64,000 bases of DNA, taken from an uncultured Verrucomicrobiota bacterium (GTDB lineage Bacteria > Verrucomicrobiota > Verrucomicrobiia > Limisphaerales > UBA8199). The notes beneath the pieces are model-generated. The model saw only the letters and a list, made by a program, of their open reading frames with translations. It had not been told where the DNA came from and did no database searches. Below are positions 9,644 through 19,826 of this stretch, piece after piece. Location: assembly GCA_964446585.1 (NCBI GenBank), contig CAYUPI010000005.1, positions 12,593 to 76,592 on the forward strand. The letters are read 5' to 3'. A program made the translations under genes and the position numbers. Every line of letters starts with the position of its first letter. Position 1 is the stretch's first letter.

Positions 9644-10939
9644 ATGCCCGCGAGCAACCTCAAGACTCTGTCCCCGGCGCAAGTGACCTGGCGCTGGCGC
9701 ATCCTCGTGGCGAGCTATTTGGCCTATGGCGGCTACTACCTGACGCGGAAAACATTCACGATCTGCAAGACCACCATCGCCAAGGAGCTGAATTGGGAGC
9801 TGGGCGACACGGCGCACATTTGGACGGCGTTCCTGGTGGCCTACATGCTCGGCATGTTTATCAACAGTTTCATCGGCCGCCGATGGGGGCCGCGCGTTTT
9901 GCTTCTGGGCGGCCTGGGCTGCTCGATCGGATGCAATGTAATCTTCGGGTTCGCCAATTCGTTTGCGACATTTCTCGTGTTCATGTTCTTCAACGGTTTG
10001 CTGCAGGCCAGCGGCTGGCCTGGGAGCGTGGGCGCGGTGTCGCACTGGCTGCGGCCGGCCGAGCGCGGCACCGTCATGGGTTTTTGGTCCACGAACTATC
10101 TGTTCGGGAACATGCTGGTGAAGTCCGTGGGCGGTTTTTTGTTGGGTGCCTGGGGCTGGCGATGGTCCTTTTGGGGCTGCACAGTTCTGAGCTTCGGGGT
10201 CTGGTGGGTGGTTTTTTTCTGGCAGCGGAATCGCCCACAGGATGTGGGATTGGAGCCGATTATCGACGAGCAAACTTCCGGGACGCGGGCGGTTGAGGCG
10301 TCGCAGGCTGACCGTGTGACGCTCAGACAATATGCGCAATTGGCGGCCAATCCGATTATCCTTGCGATGGGTGCAAGTTACTTCTGCATCAAGTTCCTGC
10401 GCTATGCCCTCGACTCGTGGCTGCCCGCCTTCCTGAATATTCAAGGGCTCGATGTCGCTCGCGCCAGCTATTACTCGCAGATTTTTGATTTCGCGGGCCT
10501 GGGCGGCGTGATCCTCGCCGGGTGGGCGCTGGACCGCTGGTTCAAAGGAAACTGGGCCGCTGTGTGTGCCTGCATGGCTGTGGGTGTGATCGGTGGCTAT
10601 GTCGCAGTGATAGAGTTAGGCGGCAGCCCCATCGCGGTCGCAGTTTGCTTTGGGTTGGTGGGATTCATGCTTTACGGTCCTGACACGCTGCTGTGCGGGG
10701 CGGCGTCAGTCCAGGTGGCAGGAGAGAAAAACGCGGTGGCCGTGGCCGGGCTGGTCAATGGCCTCGGCAGCCTCGGCCCCGTGGTTCAGGAGCAAGTTAT
10801 AGGGTGGCTGGTTCGGGGACACGTTGAGCAGGGCATGCGCAACACGAACCGGCTGGCGCTCTCAGTGAGCTTAGTAATGACCTGCCTGCTCGCCATCGTC
10901 GCTTGGCGGCTGCATCTCCTGGGAAAAGCAAAAAGCTAA
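9644..10939 (+). CDS. MFS transporter, organophosphate:Pi antiporter (GlpT/UhpC-like sugar-phosphate permease) family
   Basis: 431 aa and multi-TM. The N-terminal pattern WRWRILVASYLAYGGYYLTRKTF...INSFIGRRWGPR...NGLLQASGWPG is typical of this MFS subfamily. Confidence 0.8.
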   Translation: MPASNLKTLSPAQVTWRWRILVASYLAYGGYYLTRKTFTICKTTIAKELNWELGDTAHIWTAFLVAYMLGMFINSFIGRRWGPRVLLLGGLGCSIGCNVIFGFANSFATFLVFMFFNGLLQASGWPGSVGAVSHWLRPAERGTVMGFWSTNYLFGNMLVKSVGGFLLGAWGWRWSFWGCTVLSFGVWWVVFFWQRNRPQDVGLEPIIDEQTSGTRAVEASQADRVTLRQYAQLAANPIILAMGASYFCIKFLRYALDSWLPAFLNIQGLDVARASYYSQIFDFAGLGGVILAGWALDRWFKGNWAAVCACMAVGVIGGYVAVIELGGSPIAVAVCFGLVGFMLYGPDTLLCGAASVQVAGEKNAVAVAGLVNGLGSLGPVVQEQVIGWLVRGHVEQGMRNTNRLALSVSLVMTCLLAIVAWRLHLLGKAKS

Positions 10940-12876
10940 TTCACCTGCGGTGGCTTAAACACAGGCAGCCAGACTTTGTATTGTGTTCCGCTCTGCCCGG
11001 CATCGGCGAAGGGAACCAGGTGGAGTTGGAGCGGCGTGCTGGGCTGGATCGGGATCGCATTTGTTTGTATCAACGCGTCGATCCGGAACACTTGCGCGCC
11101 GGGCCAGGTATTAAGAGGCACCCGCGCAGGTTCGGTCCTCAAATCCAGCGCTGCGAGATCGGAACTCTTGGCCTTCAACGCATCGAACGACACCCCGGTG
11201 ACGCCCAACAGCGCCTCATCGGCGGCCAACACGAGAGGGCCGTGCAGGATTGCGATTTTGCCGGCATTCTTGTGGTCGCCGAAGATTACTCGCGATTCCA
11301 GCGGGACCTTCAGTTCGACGACGTCGGCCCCACTCCATTGCCGTTTGAGCGAAACGTAACCATCAGCGCCTCGCCTGAGAGTGGCAGGCTTGTCGTTGAT
11401 CACAATCACCGCGTCGTGGGACCAGGCCGGCACGCGCAGCTTGAGCGCAAATGCATCCTTCGCCGCGGACTCGAGACGCAACCGAACTCGGCCATCGGCA
11501 GGGTAGAGCGTCTCCATCGAAACAGTGACGTCGGAATCGATGCGAGCGGCGCCGGGGCGGTCATCGCGCTTGCGCAATTTCACGTGGGCAGTGCCCGAAT
11601 CGAACAGGTTTACCACCACGCCGTCCTCATCGGTGGTGACGGCGAAAGTAGGAATGAGCGCCACGCCGCGCGGTCCGCTGGAAAGGCAGCAATGGCCGTC
11701 GAGTGTGCTGCTGTAGGGTTTCTTGCCTTCCATCTCCACATAATAGCCCCACGCCGAACCATCGCACCGCTGCGCGCCAAACAATTGGTTGAGGATCACG
11801 TGTTCAAGTTGCTCGGCAAATCGCGCCTCGCCCGTCAGCCGGAGCAATTGGGCGTTGAACTGGAGCCAGGTCACTGTAACGCACGTCTCGCCGACCTGAC
11901 TGACATTGGGCAGATCGAAATCGCCATGGAACACTTCATGATAGCTGGCGGCCCCGGTGATGTAGAGGCGATGGTCCACGATGTCCTGCCAGGCATTGAG
12001 GCAGGCTTCGAGGATTTGGTGGTCGCCGACCGTGCGGCAGTACTCCAGGGCACCGTTCAGACAGGAGAGCATTTCGTAGGCTTTTCCATTGCCGACTTTG
12101 TCCACTCGCTTGGCCGTAAGCAGCCTCGAGATCACTTTTGGCCCATTGGGTTGTTCCCATGCGCGCAGAATGTATTTGCAGAAATCCATGTAGCGCGGTT
12201 CTCCAGTGAACCTGTAGAGCAACACCATCGGCTCCAGCACACTGGTCGGCGCCAGGCCAACGTGTTCGCCGGCTCTAATAATGTCGCGCTTGCCGGAGTC
12301 GTCGCCGAAGGTCCGGCAGAGGAGGTCGCCCATGCGACGACAGCAGGACAGCGGCTCCATGTTGCCGGTGTAACGCATGTAGGTGATTAGCCCGATGAGA
12401 TTGTATTTGTGAGCCCAGACATCCCATTCGGTCCAGCGCTTAGAATCCACGTAAGTACCGAGGTAACCATCCTCGAGTTGGCACTTGATGAGTTCGGCGA
12501 CGGTGGAATCGAGCTTATCGCGCAAGGCGGGATCGCCTGTATTAACCCAGGCGAGCGTGGCGGCGTGCAGCCATTTGCCGACGTGTTCACCGTCCCAGGA
12601 CTGCCGGCCGGGCCGTTTCCGGTAGCCCTCAAGCAATCGAGCCGGGTCGAGTTTGACGAGGCGATTGCTTTCATTGACCGAGATGCGCTGACCGAGCCAG
12701 CCGGTAAGATGAACGCGGTCGGGCGATTGGGGGTCCTGGCGGTCCGAGACTGCGCAGACCACCTTCTCGGGAACGAGCACCGGCCCCGTCGCGTGGACAG
12801 CAACTATCCCGGCGAGCGATGCGAGCAGGAACACAGCAAGATTGACGCTGGGTTTGGAGGTCTTCATTCGATTCAT
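10936..12876 (-). CDS. Glycoside hydrolase family 127 (DUF1680, beta-L-arabinofuranosidase-like), secreted
   Basis: 646 aa with a signal peptide. Conserved GH127 features are present: GKAYEMLSCLNG, YITGAASYHE, GETCVTVTW and the Cys pair GHCCLSSGPRG. The stop codon overlaps the convergent MFS gene stop by 3 nt. Confidence 0.85.
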   Translation of the reverse strand: MNRMKTSKPSVNLAVFLLASLAGIVAVHATGPVLVPEKVVCAVSDRQDPQSPDRVHLTGWLGQRISVNESNRLVKLDPARLLEGYRKRPGRQSWDGEHVGKWLHAATLAWVNTGDPALRDKLDSTVAELIKCQLEDGYLGTYVDSKRWTEWDVWAHKYNLIGLITYMRYTGNMEPLSCCRRMGDLLCRTFGDDSGKRDIIRAGEHVGLAPTSVLEPMVLLYRFTGEPRYMDFCKYILRAWEQPNGPKVISRLLTAKRVDKVGNGKAYEMLSCLNGALEYCRTVGDHQILEACLNAWQDIVDHRLYITGAASYHEVFHGDFDLPNVSQVGETCVTVTWLQFNAQLLRLTGEARFAEQLEHVILNQLFGAQRCDGSAWGYYVEMEGKKPYSSTLDGHCCLSSGPRGVALIPTFAVTTDEDGVVVNLFDSGTAHVKLRKRDDRPGAARIDSDVTVSMETLYPADGRVRLRLESAAKDAFALKLRVPAWSHDAVIVINDKPATLRRGADGYVSLKRQWSGADVVELKVPLESRVIFGDHKNAGKIAILHGPLVLAADEALLGVTGVSFDALKAKSSDLAALDLRTEPARVPLNTWPGAQVFRIDALIQTNAIPIQPSTPLQLHLVPFADAGQSGTQYKVWLPVFKPPQVN

Positions 12877-13020
12877 ATGGAAGTCTGGAACTACGTCGAG
12901 CGCAGCGCAATTTGATTTGTCGGCGAGGCAAATATGGCGGTCCCAACCGGTGAAACCGCACTGAGCAAGTCAAACTAAAACTCTTGATTAAATGGGCGAA
13001 GATTCTATATTAAGTGTTTA

Positions 13021-16000
13021 ATGAGCACCCGTTTACGGAACCCGCTTTTCTTGAGAGTCGGACCACTGCGCTTGGGCCGATCCTTGCGATCGGCGGTCGA
13101 TGCTGGAAACTGCCGGAAAGGCACGTTTCCGTGTCCGCCTCAACGATTGACGGTGCTGAAGTTGCTGCTGGGTTCCATGCTCGCGTTACTAGTTTCCGCG
13201 CGCGTCGGCGCGGCTGACAGCAAGGAACAGGGGGGCAAGACCGAGGCAAAGGTGAGTTACTACCGCGAGATCCGGCCAATCCTGCAGGCCAACTGCCAGG
13301 GCTGCCATCAACCGGCGAAGAGCAAGGGCGACTATGTCATGACGGATTTCAAAAAACTGCTCGCCGGCGGCAATACTGAAGGGGCGGCCGTCGTCCCCGG
13401 TCATCCCGAAAAAAGCGCGATTTTGAAGATGGTAACACCGCAAGACGGAGAGGTGCGCATGCCGAAGGGCAAAACTCCGTTACTGGAAAACGAGGTGGCA
13501 TTGATCCAGTCGTGGATTCAGCAGGGCGCGGAGGATGATACCCCGGCCGATGCCAGGCGGCATTATGATTCAGCGCATCCGCCCATCTATTCACGGCCTC
13601 CGGTGATCACGTCGTTGGACTTCTCGCCGGACGGCAAATTGCTGGCCGTGGCGGGCTTTCATGAGGTGCTGCTGTACGAGAACGGCGGGTCCGCTTTGGC
13701 CGGGCGGCTCATCGGACTTTCGGAGCGGATACAATCTTTGCGATTCTCGCCCGACGGCCAATGGTTGGCGGTCGCGGGGGGTGATCCGGCGCGGATGGGC
13801 GAAATTCAGGTTTGGGATGTTGCGAAACGCAAGGTGACGGTTTCGGTGCCCGTCAGCTATGATACACTCTACGGCGTGAGCTGGTCACCGGACAGCAAGC
13901 TGATCGCGTTCGGCGGCCCAGATAACACGGTGCGCGCCATCGAAGCAGCCTCGGGAAAACAGGTCCTGCAGATGGGGTCACACAGCGACTGGGCGCTGAG
14001 CACGACGTTCTCAGTGAAGGGGGACCACGTCATCTCCGGTGGCCGCGATATGAGCGTCAAACTGACCGAGGTGGCGGAACAACGGTTTGTGGACAATGTG
14101 ACGTCGATCACTCCCGGCGCACTCAAAGGCGGAGTCCTTGCGGTAGCAACGCACCCGGCGCTCGAGCACATCGTGGCCGGCGGCTCCGACGGCATGCCGA
14201 AGGTCTATCGCATTTTCCGTGAGGTGAAACGCGAGATCGGCGATGATGCCCAATTGATCGCCGAGCTGTTCCCGATGACGGGCCGCGTGTTCAGCGTCCG
14301 TTTCAGCCCCGATGGCAAACGCATCGCCTGCGGCAGTGGCCTGGACCGCTCCGGAGAGCTCTTGGTGTGCAGTTATGATTACACGAATGACGTGCCGAAG
14401 GAGCTACGCCAGCTCATGGGCAAAGTTCCAGGGGCGCGCAAACCTGAGGAAAAGCAGCAGATCGAGGATTACAAGAAACAAGGCATTCATGAAATTGCGC
14501 GCGCCTGCGTCTCCAACTCGGCGATTTATTCCGTAGCCTTTAGCTCGGATGGCAATTTAATCGCTGCTGGCGGTTCGGACGGCATGGTGCGTCTTTTCAG
14601 CACGACCAACGGCAGTGTCATGAAGTCGTTCCTGTCGGTGCCACTGGCCAAGGGCGCCGTGGCCGAGGCCCGCCCGGCGTGGGGCACAACGGAAAGCAAG
14701 AGCGCCGAACCGGCCCTGACTCCCGAGTCACTACCGGAAGGCTCGCAAGTCGCCGCGCTGGAACTTCAGCCGGGCCGCATCAAATTCTCCAGCCCGAACG
14801 ACTATGCCCAACTGCTCGTCACCGCGCGGCTCCAGTCCGGCGATACGGTGGACGTGACGCGCATGGTGAAGTTTTCCCTGAACCAACCGGTAGCGGACAT
14901 TTCCTCACGAGGGATTTTGCGCCCGCTTAAGAACGGGATGGGCAAACTGGCAGTCTCCCTGGCGGGAAAAACCGCTGAAGCGCCGGTTGAAATTGCCCGG
15001 GTTGGGAAGGGCTACCAGGCCGACTTCATTCGGGACGTTAACCCTGTCCTTTCGCGGCTCGGTTGCAATGCGGGGACCTGCCATGGCGCCAAAGAGGGCA
15101 AGAATGGCTTCAAACTGTCGCTGCGCGGCTACGATCCGGAAACGGACCTGCGTTCGCTCACGGACGATTTGGCCTCGCGTCGTGTGAATCTGGCCTCGCC
15201 GGACGACAGCCTGATGCTGCTAAAAAGCGTGGCGGAAGTTCCTCACGAGGGGGGGCGGCGCACGACGGTTGACAGCAAGTATTACGGGATTCTTCGGCAG
15301 TGGATCGCCAATGGCGCATCGCTCGACCTGAAATCCCCGCGCGTGACTAAAATCGAGGTTTTTCCACAAGACCCAGTCGTGCAGCAGATTGGCTCGCGCC
15401 AGCAAATGCGCGTGGTGGCCAGCTACGCGGATGGGGTCGTGCGCGACGTCACGGCGGAGGCCTTCATCGAGAGTGGCAACTCCGATATTGCCACTATCGA
15501 CAACGCCGGTCTGGTTACCACATTGCGGCGCGGCGAGGCGCCCGTGCTCGCTCGTTACGAAGGAAATTATGCCGCCACAACTCTGACCGTGATGGGCGAC
15601 CGGAGCGGGTTCGTGTGGAAAGACCCTCCGGTTTGGGGCAAGATCGACGAGTTGGTTGCCGCGAAGTGGATGCGCATGAAGCTCGAGCCGTCGGAACTCT
15701 GCACGGATCTGGAGTTCATCAGGCGGGTCTATCTCGATTTGACCGGGCTTCCGCCGATGCCACCAGAGATCAAGGCGTTCCTGGAGGACTCGCGCGAGAC
15801 ACGCGTCAAGCGCGACGCGGTCGTGGACCGCCTGATCGGCAGCCCCGACTATGTCGATTTTTGGGCCAACAAATGGGCCGACCTGCTCCAATGCAACAGC
15901 AAGTACTTGGGCAGCGACGGTGCCGAATCTTTCCGCGCCTGGATTCGCCACGAAGTCGAGAAAAACACGCCCTACGATGAGTTCGCCCGCGAAATTCTGA

Positions 16001-18264
16001 CGGCGTCCGGTTCGACTCGCGAGAACCCGGCAGCCAGTTATTGGAAGATTCTCCGCACACCGGCCGAGGCGATGGAAAACACGACGCATCTCTTTTTGGC
16101 CACGCGGTTCAATTGCAACAAATGCCACGATCATCCGTTCGAGCGCTGGACGCAGGATCAGTACTATCACCTGGCCGCCTATTTCGCCCAGGTCTCGTTG
16201 AAGGAAGACCCGAAAAGCGAAGGCCAAAAGATCAAGGGCAATGACGTCGAGGGCGCCAAACCGCTCTACGAAATAGTGGCCGATGCTGCCGAAGGAGAAG
16301 TGAAGCACGACCGCACCGGCAAGGTTTCGCCGCCGGCATTTCCATTCGCCGCGAAGTCTGAGACCAAAGAGAAGGCCACGCGGCGCGAGCAGCTTGCAAC
16401 CTGGATCAGCACGCCGGACAACCGCTTCTTCGCCTCCAGCTATGTCAATCGCCTCTGGGGATATCTGACCGGTGCCGGTATTATCGAACCCCTCGACGAT
16501 GTTCGGGCCGGCAACCCGCCGCGCAATCCCGCTTTGCTCGATTACCTCACGCGCCAGTTCATCGAACACAATTTCGACGCGCGCCACCTCGTGCAGCTCA
16601 TCTGCAAGTCGCGCACGTACCAACTTTCGATTCGGCCGACTAAATGGAACGAGGACGACCCGGTGAACTACTCGCACGCGCTCGCCCGCCGTTTGCCGGC
16701 CGAAACGCTGGTTGACGCGGTCTTCCGGGTAACAGGCAGTACGCCGAATTTCCCGGGCGCCAAGCCTGGTCAGCGCGCCACTCAGTTGGCGGACGCAACC
16801 ACGGATGACAGTAGCGGTCTGTTGGCCACGCTCGGCCGCCCCGCCCGCCAAAGCGCCTGTGAATGCGAGCGCACCAGCGACATTCGACTCGGTTCCGTCA
16901 TGGCCCTGCTGAGTGGACCGACCGTCTCGGATGCCATTAATGCACCGACCAATGCTCTCGCTAAACTAGTGGAAACTGAAAAAGACGACCATAAACTGGT
17001 CAACGACGTCTTCCTTCGAGTGCTCAACAGGCCCGCCTCCGACTCGGAGTGCAAAAACGTTCTCGCGTTGCTCGGCACGGTCGAAGCCGACAACGCCAAA
17101 ATCACGAACGAACTGAGCGCGCTGGAAGTGAAAATGGCGCCCGTGATTGCTGACATGAAACACCAGCGCGAAGAGGCCATCACGCGGGCCAAGGCGGACC
17201 TCGGTGTCTATGACGAGATGACCAAGTCTCTGCGGGCGGAACTCGACAAGCGCCGGCAATCGGAAATCGGGGTCACAGAGAGCGAGTTGAAGGCATACGA
17301 AAAGCTGGTGCCTGCGGCGGCCGCGTTCTGGGAAACGAAAAACAATCCGGCCGACACGAAGACGACCTGGGTGCTGGTTCAACCCAAGAAAGTTTCTGCC
17401 ACCGCGAAAGTCAGGCTCGCCAAGCGCGACGACGGTTCGATCACCGCTTACTCCGGCAAGACCGCGTCCGACTATACGATTCTCGCGGAATCGCCGCTCA
17501 CAAATGTCACGGGAGTGATGCTCGAAACGTTGCCGGACGAGAAGCTTCCCAGATTTGGGCCCGGCCGCCACGAAGATGGCAACTTCGTCTTGAGCGAATT
17601 CGAACTGAAATGGGGAGCGGGCACAAACGCGCCTGAAACGGCCGTTAAGTTCGTGGATGCGAATGCGGATTTCTCACAAAAGGATTTTTCGGCCAAACAA
17701 GCCATCGATAGCAAGGTCGAGGCCGGCCGGAACGGCTGGGCCATCGGTGGGGCGCCCGGCATCCAGCGTCACACGGCCACCTTCAAGCTCGAGCACGCGA
17801 TTGCCAGCACCAATGGGGCAATGTTGCGGTTTGTCCTGAAACAGCAGTTCGGCGAGGATTTCATATTGGGCCATTTCCGTCTCTACGTCACCAGGAGCGA
17901 GGAGCCGCTGGACTTCGGGGTTACGGAAGACGTCGTGCAGGCGGCGCGGGCGCCGGCCGGACAGCGCACGACCGAGCAAGCTTCGGCGATCCTCGATTTC
18001 TACAAGAGTACCGACGCGGAGTATTGGAAGCGCAAAGCGTCGTTTGCCCGGGCCTCGGAGCCTCTGCCGACGGATCCCAAACTGACGGAATTGCAAAAAG
18101 TTCTGTCCAAGTCGGAGGAACCGATCCGCATCGATCCGTACCTGGTTCAATTGCGGGAGGACTCGGTTGCCAGCGCGCATCAAGGTGAGAACAAACGGCT
18201 GACGGTCGTCCAGGATTTGGCCTGGGCGCTGATTAACAGTCCGGCATTCCTTTTTAATCATTAA
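13021..18264 (+). CDS. PSCyt1 (CxxCH) - WD40 - Big_2 - DUF1549 (PSCyt2) - DUF1553 (PSD1) multidomain protein
   Basis: 1747 aa. It carries a heme-binding-type motif (CQGCHQPAKSKGDYVMTDF), multiple WD40-like repeats (LDFSPDGKLLAVAG, LRFSPDGQWLAVAGGD, VSWSPDSKLIAFGG, VAFSSDGNLIAAGGSDGMVRLF), a DUF1549 signature (FIRRVYLDLTGLPP) and a DUF1553 signature (RFNCNKCHDHPFERWTQDQYY). The exact start is uncertain. Confidence 0.9.
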   Translation: MSTRLRNPLFLRVGPLRLGRSLRSAVDAGNCRKGTFPCPPQRLTVLKLLLGSMLALLVSARVGAADSKEQGGKTEAKVSYYREIRPILQANCQGCHQPAKSKGDYVMTDFKKLLAGGNTEGAAVVPGHPEKSAILKMVTPQDGEVRMPKGKTPLLENEVALIQSWIQQGAEDDTPADARRHYDSAHPPIYSRPPVITSLDFSPDGKLLAVAGFHEVLLYENGGSALAGRLIGLSERIQSLRFSPDGQWLAVAGGDPARMGEIQVWDVAKRKVTVSVPVSYDTLYGVSWSPDSKLIAFGGPDNTVRAIEAASGKQVLQMGSHSDWALSTTFSVKGDHVISGGRDMSVKLTEVAEQRFVDNVTSITPGALKGGVLAVATHPALEHIVAGGSDGMPKVYRIFREVKREIGDDAQLIAELFPMTGRVFSVRFSPDGKRIACGSGLDRSGELLVCSYDYTNDVPKELRQLMGKVPGARKPEEKQQIEDYKKQGIHEIARACVSNSAIYSVAFSSDGNLIAAGGSDGMVRLFSTTNGSVMKSFLSVPLAKGAVAEARPAWGTTESKSAEPALTPESLPEGSQVAALELQPGRIKFSSPNDYAQLLVTARLQSGDTVDVTRMVKFSLNQPVADISSRGILRPLKNGMGKLAVSLAGKTAEAPVEIARVGKGYQADFIRDVNPVLSRLGCNAGTCHGAKEGKNGFKLSLRGYDPETDLRSLTDDLASRRVNLASPDDSLMLLKSVAEVPHEGGRRTTVDSKYYGILRQWIANGASLDLKSPRVTKIEVFPQDPVVQQIGSRQQMRVVASYADGVVRDVTAEAFIESGNSDIATIDNAGLVTTLRRGEAPVLARYEGNYAATTLTVMGDRSGFVWKDPPVWGKIDELVAAKWMRMKLEPSELCTDLEFIRRVYLDLTGLPPMPPEIKAFLEDSRETRVKRDAVVDRLIGSPDYVDFWANKWADLLQCNSKYLGSDGAESFRAWIRHEVEKNTPYDEFAREILTASGSTRENPAASYWKILRTPAEAMENTTHLFLATRFNCNKCHDHPFERWTQDQYYHLAAYFAQVSLKEDPKSEGQKIKGNDVEGAKPLYEIVADAAEGEVKHDRTGKVSPPAFPFAAKSETKEKATRREQLATWISTPDNRFFASSYVNRLWGYLTGAGIIEPLDDVRAGNPPRNPALLDYLTRQFIEHNFDARHLVQLICKSRTYQLSIRPTKWNEDDPVNYSHALARRLPAETLVDAVFRVTGSTPNFPGAKPGQRATQLADATTDDSSGLLATLGRPARQSACECERTSDIRLGSVMALLSGPTVSDAINAPTNALAKLVETEKDDHKLVNDVFLRVLNRPASDSECKNVLALLGTVEADNAKITNELSALEVKMAPVIADMKHQREEAITRAKADLGVYDEMTKSLRAELDKRRQSEIGVTESELKAYEKLVPAAAAFWETKNNPADTKTTWVLVQPKKVSATAKVRLAKRDDGSITAYSGKTASDYTILAESPLTNVTGVMLETLPDEKLPRFGPGRHEDGNFVLSEFELKWGAGTNAPETAVKFVDANADFSQKDFSAKQAIDSKVEAGRNGWAIGGAPGIQRHTATFKLEHAIASTNGAMLRFVLKQQFGEDFILGHFRLYVTRSEEPLDFGVTEDVVQAARAPAGQRTTEQASAILDFYKSTDAEYWKRKASFARASEPLPTDPKLTELQKVLSKSEEPIRIDPYLVQLREDSVASAHQGENKRLTVVQDLAWALINSPAFLFNH

Positions 18265-18332
18265 ATCGTTAACAACATATGATCAAAATAACCGGCGGAA
18301 CGTGCAGCGATCTCTGTGATCCTCAGCTTAAA

Positions 18333-19751
18333 ATGACGCGCCGCGACCTGCTCCGCGTGGGCGGCGCGGGCATGCTCGGCTTGTCGCTCGGATCGCTCTT
18401 TAAATTACAGGCGATGGCGGCAGAACCGGGCAAGCGCGCCGGCGGCCCGGGCTGGGGTACGGCCAAGAACGTCGTCATGATTTATCTCCAGGGCGGCCCG
18501 AGCCACCTCGATCTTTGGGACCCCAAGGAGAACCTCCCCGACAATATTCGCAGTTCCTTCAAGCCCATCCCTACGAAGATTCCTGGTGTTAACTTCACCG
18601 AGGTTTTGCCGGAGTTGGCCAAGGTGAACGACAAGTTCACTATGATTCGGTCGATGAGTTACACGCCCAACGGCCTGTTCAATCACACGGCGGCCATCTA
18701 CCAAATCATGACCGGCTATACCACCGATAAGGTGAGCCCGTCAGGCCAGCTCGAACCGCCGGATCCGAAGGACTTTCCCAATTTCGGCTCGCAGATTATC
18801 CGGTTGCGTCCCGTAACCGAGCCAATGCTGCCGTTTGTAACGCTGCCTCGCCCGCTCCAGGAATCGAACGTGGTCGGCAAAGGCGGCTATGCCGGGTTCC
18901 TTGGCAAGGCCTTCGATCCCTACACGCTCTTCCCGCCAGGGGACGACCTAGACATGAACAAAATGGACCACATTCGCGTGGACGATTTGAAATTGCCGCC
19001 GGAAGTGTTCGCGCTTCGCCTCCAACGCCGGGCCAAACTTCGCGATGCGATCGAAGAAGCCATGCCGGATGTCGAAAAGGCCGTCGAAAAGTACAATCTG
19101 GACGACTATTACCAGCGCGCTTTGAACCTGATTATCTCCGGACGCGCGCGCACCGCCTTCGATTTGACACAGGAGCCTGACAAGGTGCGCGACCGCTATG
19201 GCCGCAATACCTTCGGCCAAAGCTGCCTGCTGGCCCGGCGTCTCATCGAGGCCGGTACCCGCGTCGTCGAAGTCATCTGGCCCAAGATCGCCAATTCGGA
19301 CAACCATTCCTGGGATCACCACGTGGATCTGACCAAACGGATGGGGACTCAATCCGGGCCGATGCTCGACAAAGGCCTCGCCACGTTCATTGCCGACATG
19401 GACGACCGCGGCCTGCTCAAGGAAACGATTGTGCTGGCCATTGGCGAATTCGGCCGCAGCCCGCAGAAAGGCGTCAGCACCTCCGGCAATTCGAACAGCG
19501 CCGACGGCCGCGACCATTGGCCTTATTGTTATACCTCGGTCATCGCCGGGGCGGGGATTAAACGCGGCTACGTTCACGGCAAGTCCGACAAGACCGGCAG
19601 CAGCCCGGCCGAAAACCCGGTCCACCCGACCGAACTGCTCGCGACGATCTATCACGCCTTCGGGATAGATCCGGAAACGATCGTTTACAACCATCTCAAG
19701 CAGCCCCGCGAGTTGGTTAAAGCCAAGGCCGCCACGACCCTGTTCGCTTGA
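18333..19751 (+). CDS. DUF1501 domain protein (sulfatase-fold) with a twin-arginine signal
   Basis: ORF 18279..19751. The ATG at 18333 gives [32 protein letters not shown]1501-typical motifs are present: [17 protein letters not shown] and GEFGRSP...GRDHW. It forms the canonical pair with the upstream DUF1553 gene. Confidence 0.9.
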   Translation: MTRRDLLRVGGAGMLGLSLGSLFKLQAMAAEPGKRAGGPGWGTAKNVVMIYLQGGPSHLDLWDPKENLPDNIRSSFKPIPTKIPGVNFTEVLPELAKVNDKFTMIRSMSYTPNGLFNHTAAIYQIMTGYTTDKVSPSGQLEPPDPKDFPNFGSQIIRLRPVTEPMLPFVTLPRPLQESNVVGKGGYAGFLGKAFDPYTLFPPGDDLDMNKMDHIRVDDLKLPPEVFALRLQRRAKLRDAIEEAMPDVEKAVEKYNLDDYYQRALNLIISGRARTAFDLTQEPDKVRDRYGRNTFGQSCLLARRLIEAGTRVVEVIWPKIANSDNHSWDHHVDLTKRMGTQSGPMLDKGLATFIADMDDRGLLKETIVLAIGEFGRSPQKGVSTSGNSNSADGRDHWPYCYTSVIAGAGIKRGYVHGKSDKTGSSPAENPVHPTELLATIYHAFGIDPETIVYNHLKQPRELVKAKAATTLFA

Positions 19752-19796
19752 GCATTTGCGCGTTCGGAGCGCGGTTGCAAAATCACTTTAAGTGTC

Positions 19797-19816
19797 GGAG
19801 CCGACGTAAGGAGGCT
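19797..19816. repeat. Single arm of the GCCGACGTAAGGAGGCT hairpin repeat family
   Basis: The sequence ggagccgacgtaaggaggct matches the arms of the hairpins at 49151..49244 and 55421..55502. No partner arm is adjacent. Confidence 0.6.
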
Positions 19817-19826
19817 TTGATCATTT

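Noticed and set aside
9245-10444. 399-aa minus-strand ORF spanning the intergenic repeat and the MFS gene
   Set aside because: It is antisense to a clear 12-TM MFS transporter, and its 3' part runs through the palindromic repeat element. The sequence is highly basic and low in complexity.
10903-12390. 495-aa plus-strand ORF
   Set aside because: It is antisense to the GH127 gene, which has a signal peptide and family-specific Cys/Glu motifs. It is a low-complexity translation of the kind expected for GC-rich antisense frames.
15220-16851. 543-aa minus-strand ORF
   Set aside because: It is antisense to the DUF1549/DUF1553 region of the 1747-aa gene. It has no start context or motifs, only an Arg/Gly/Val-rich artefact pattern.
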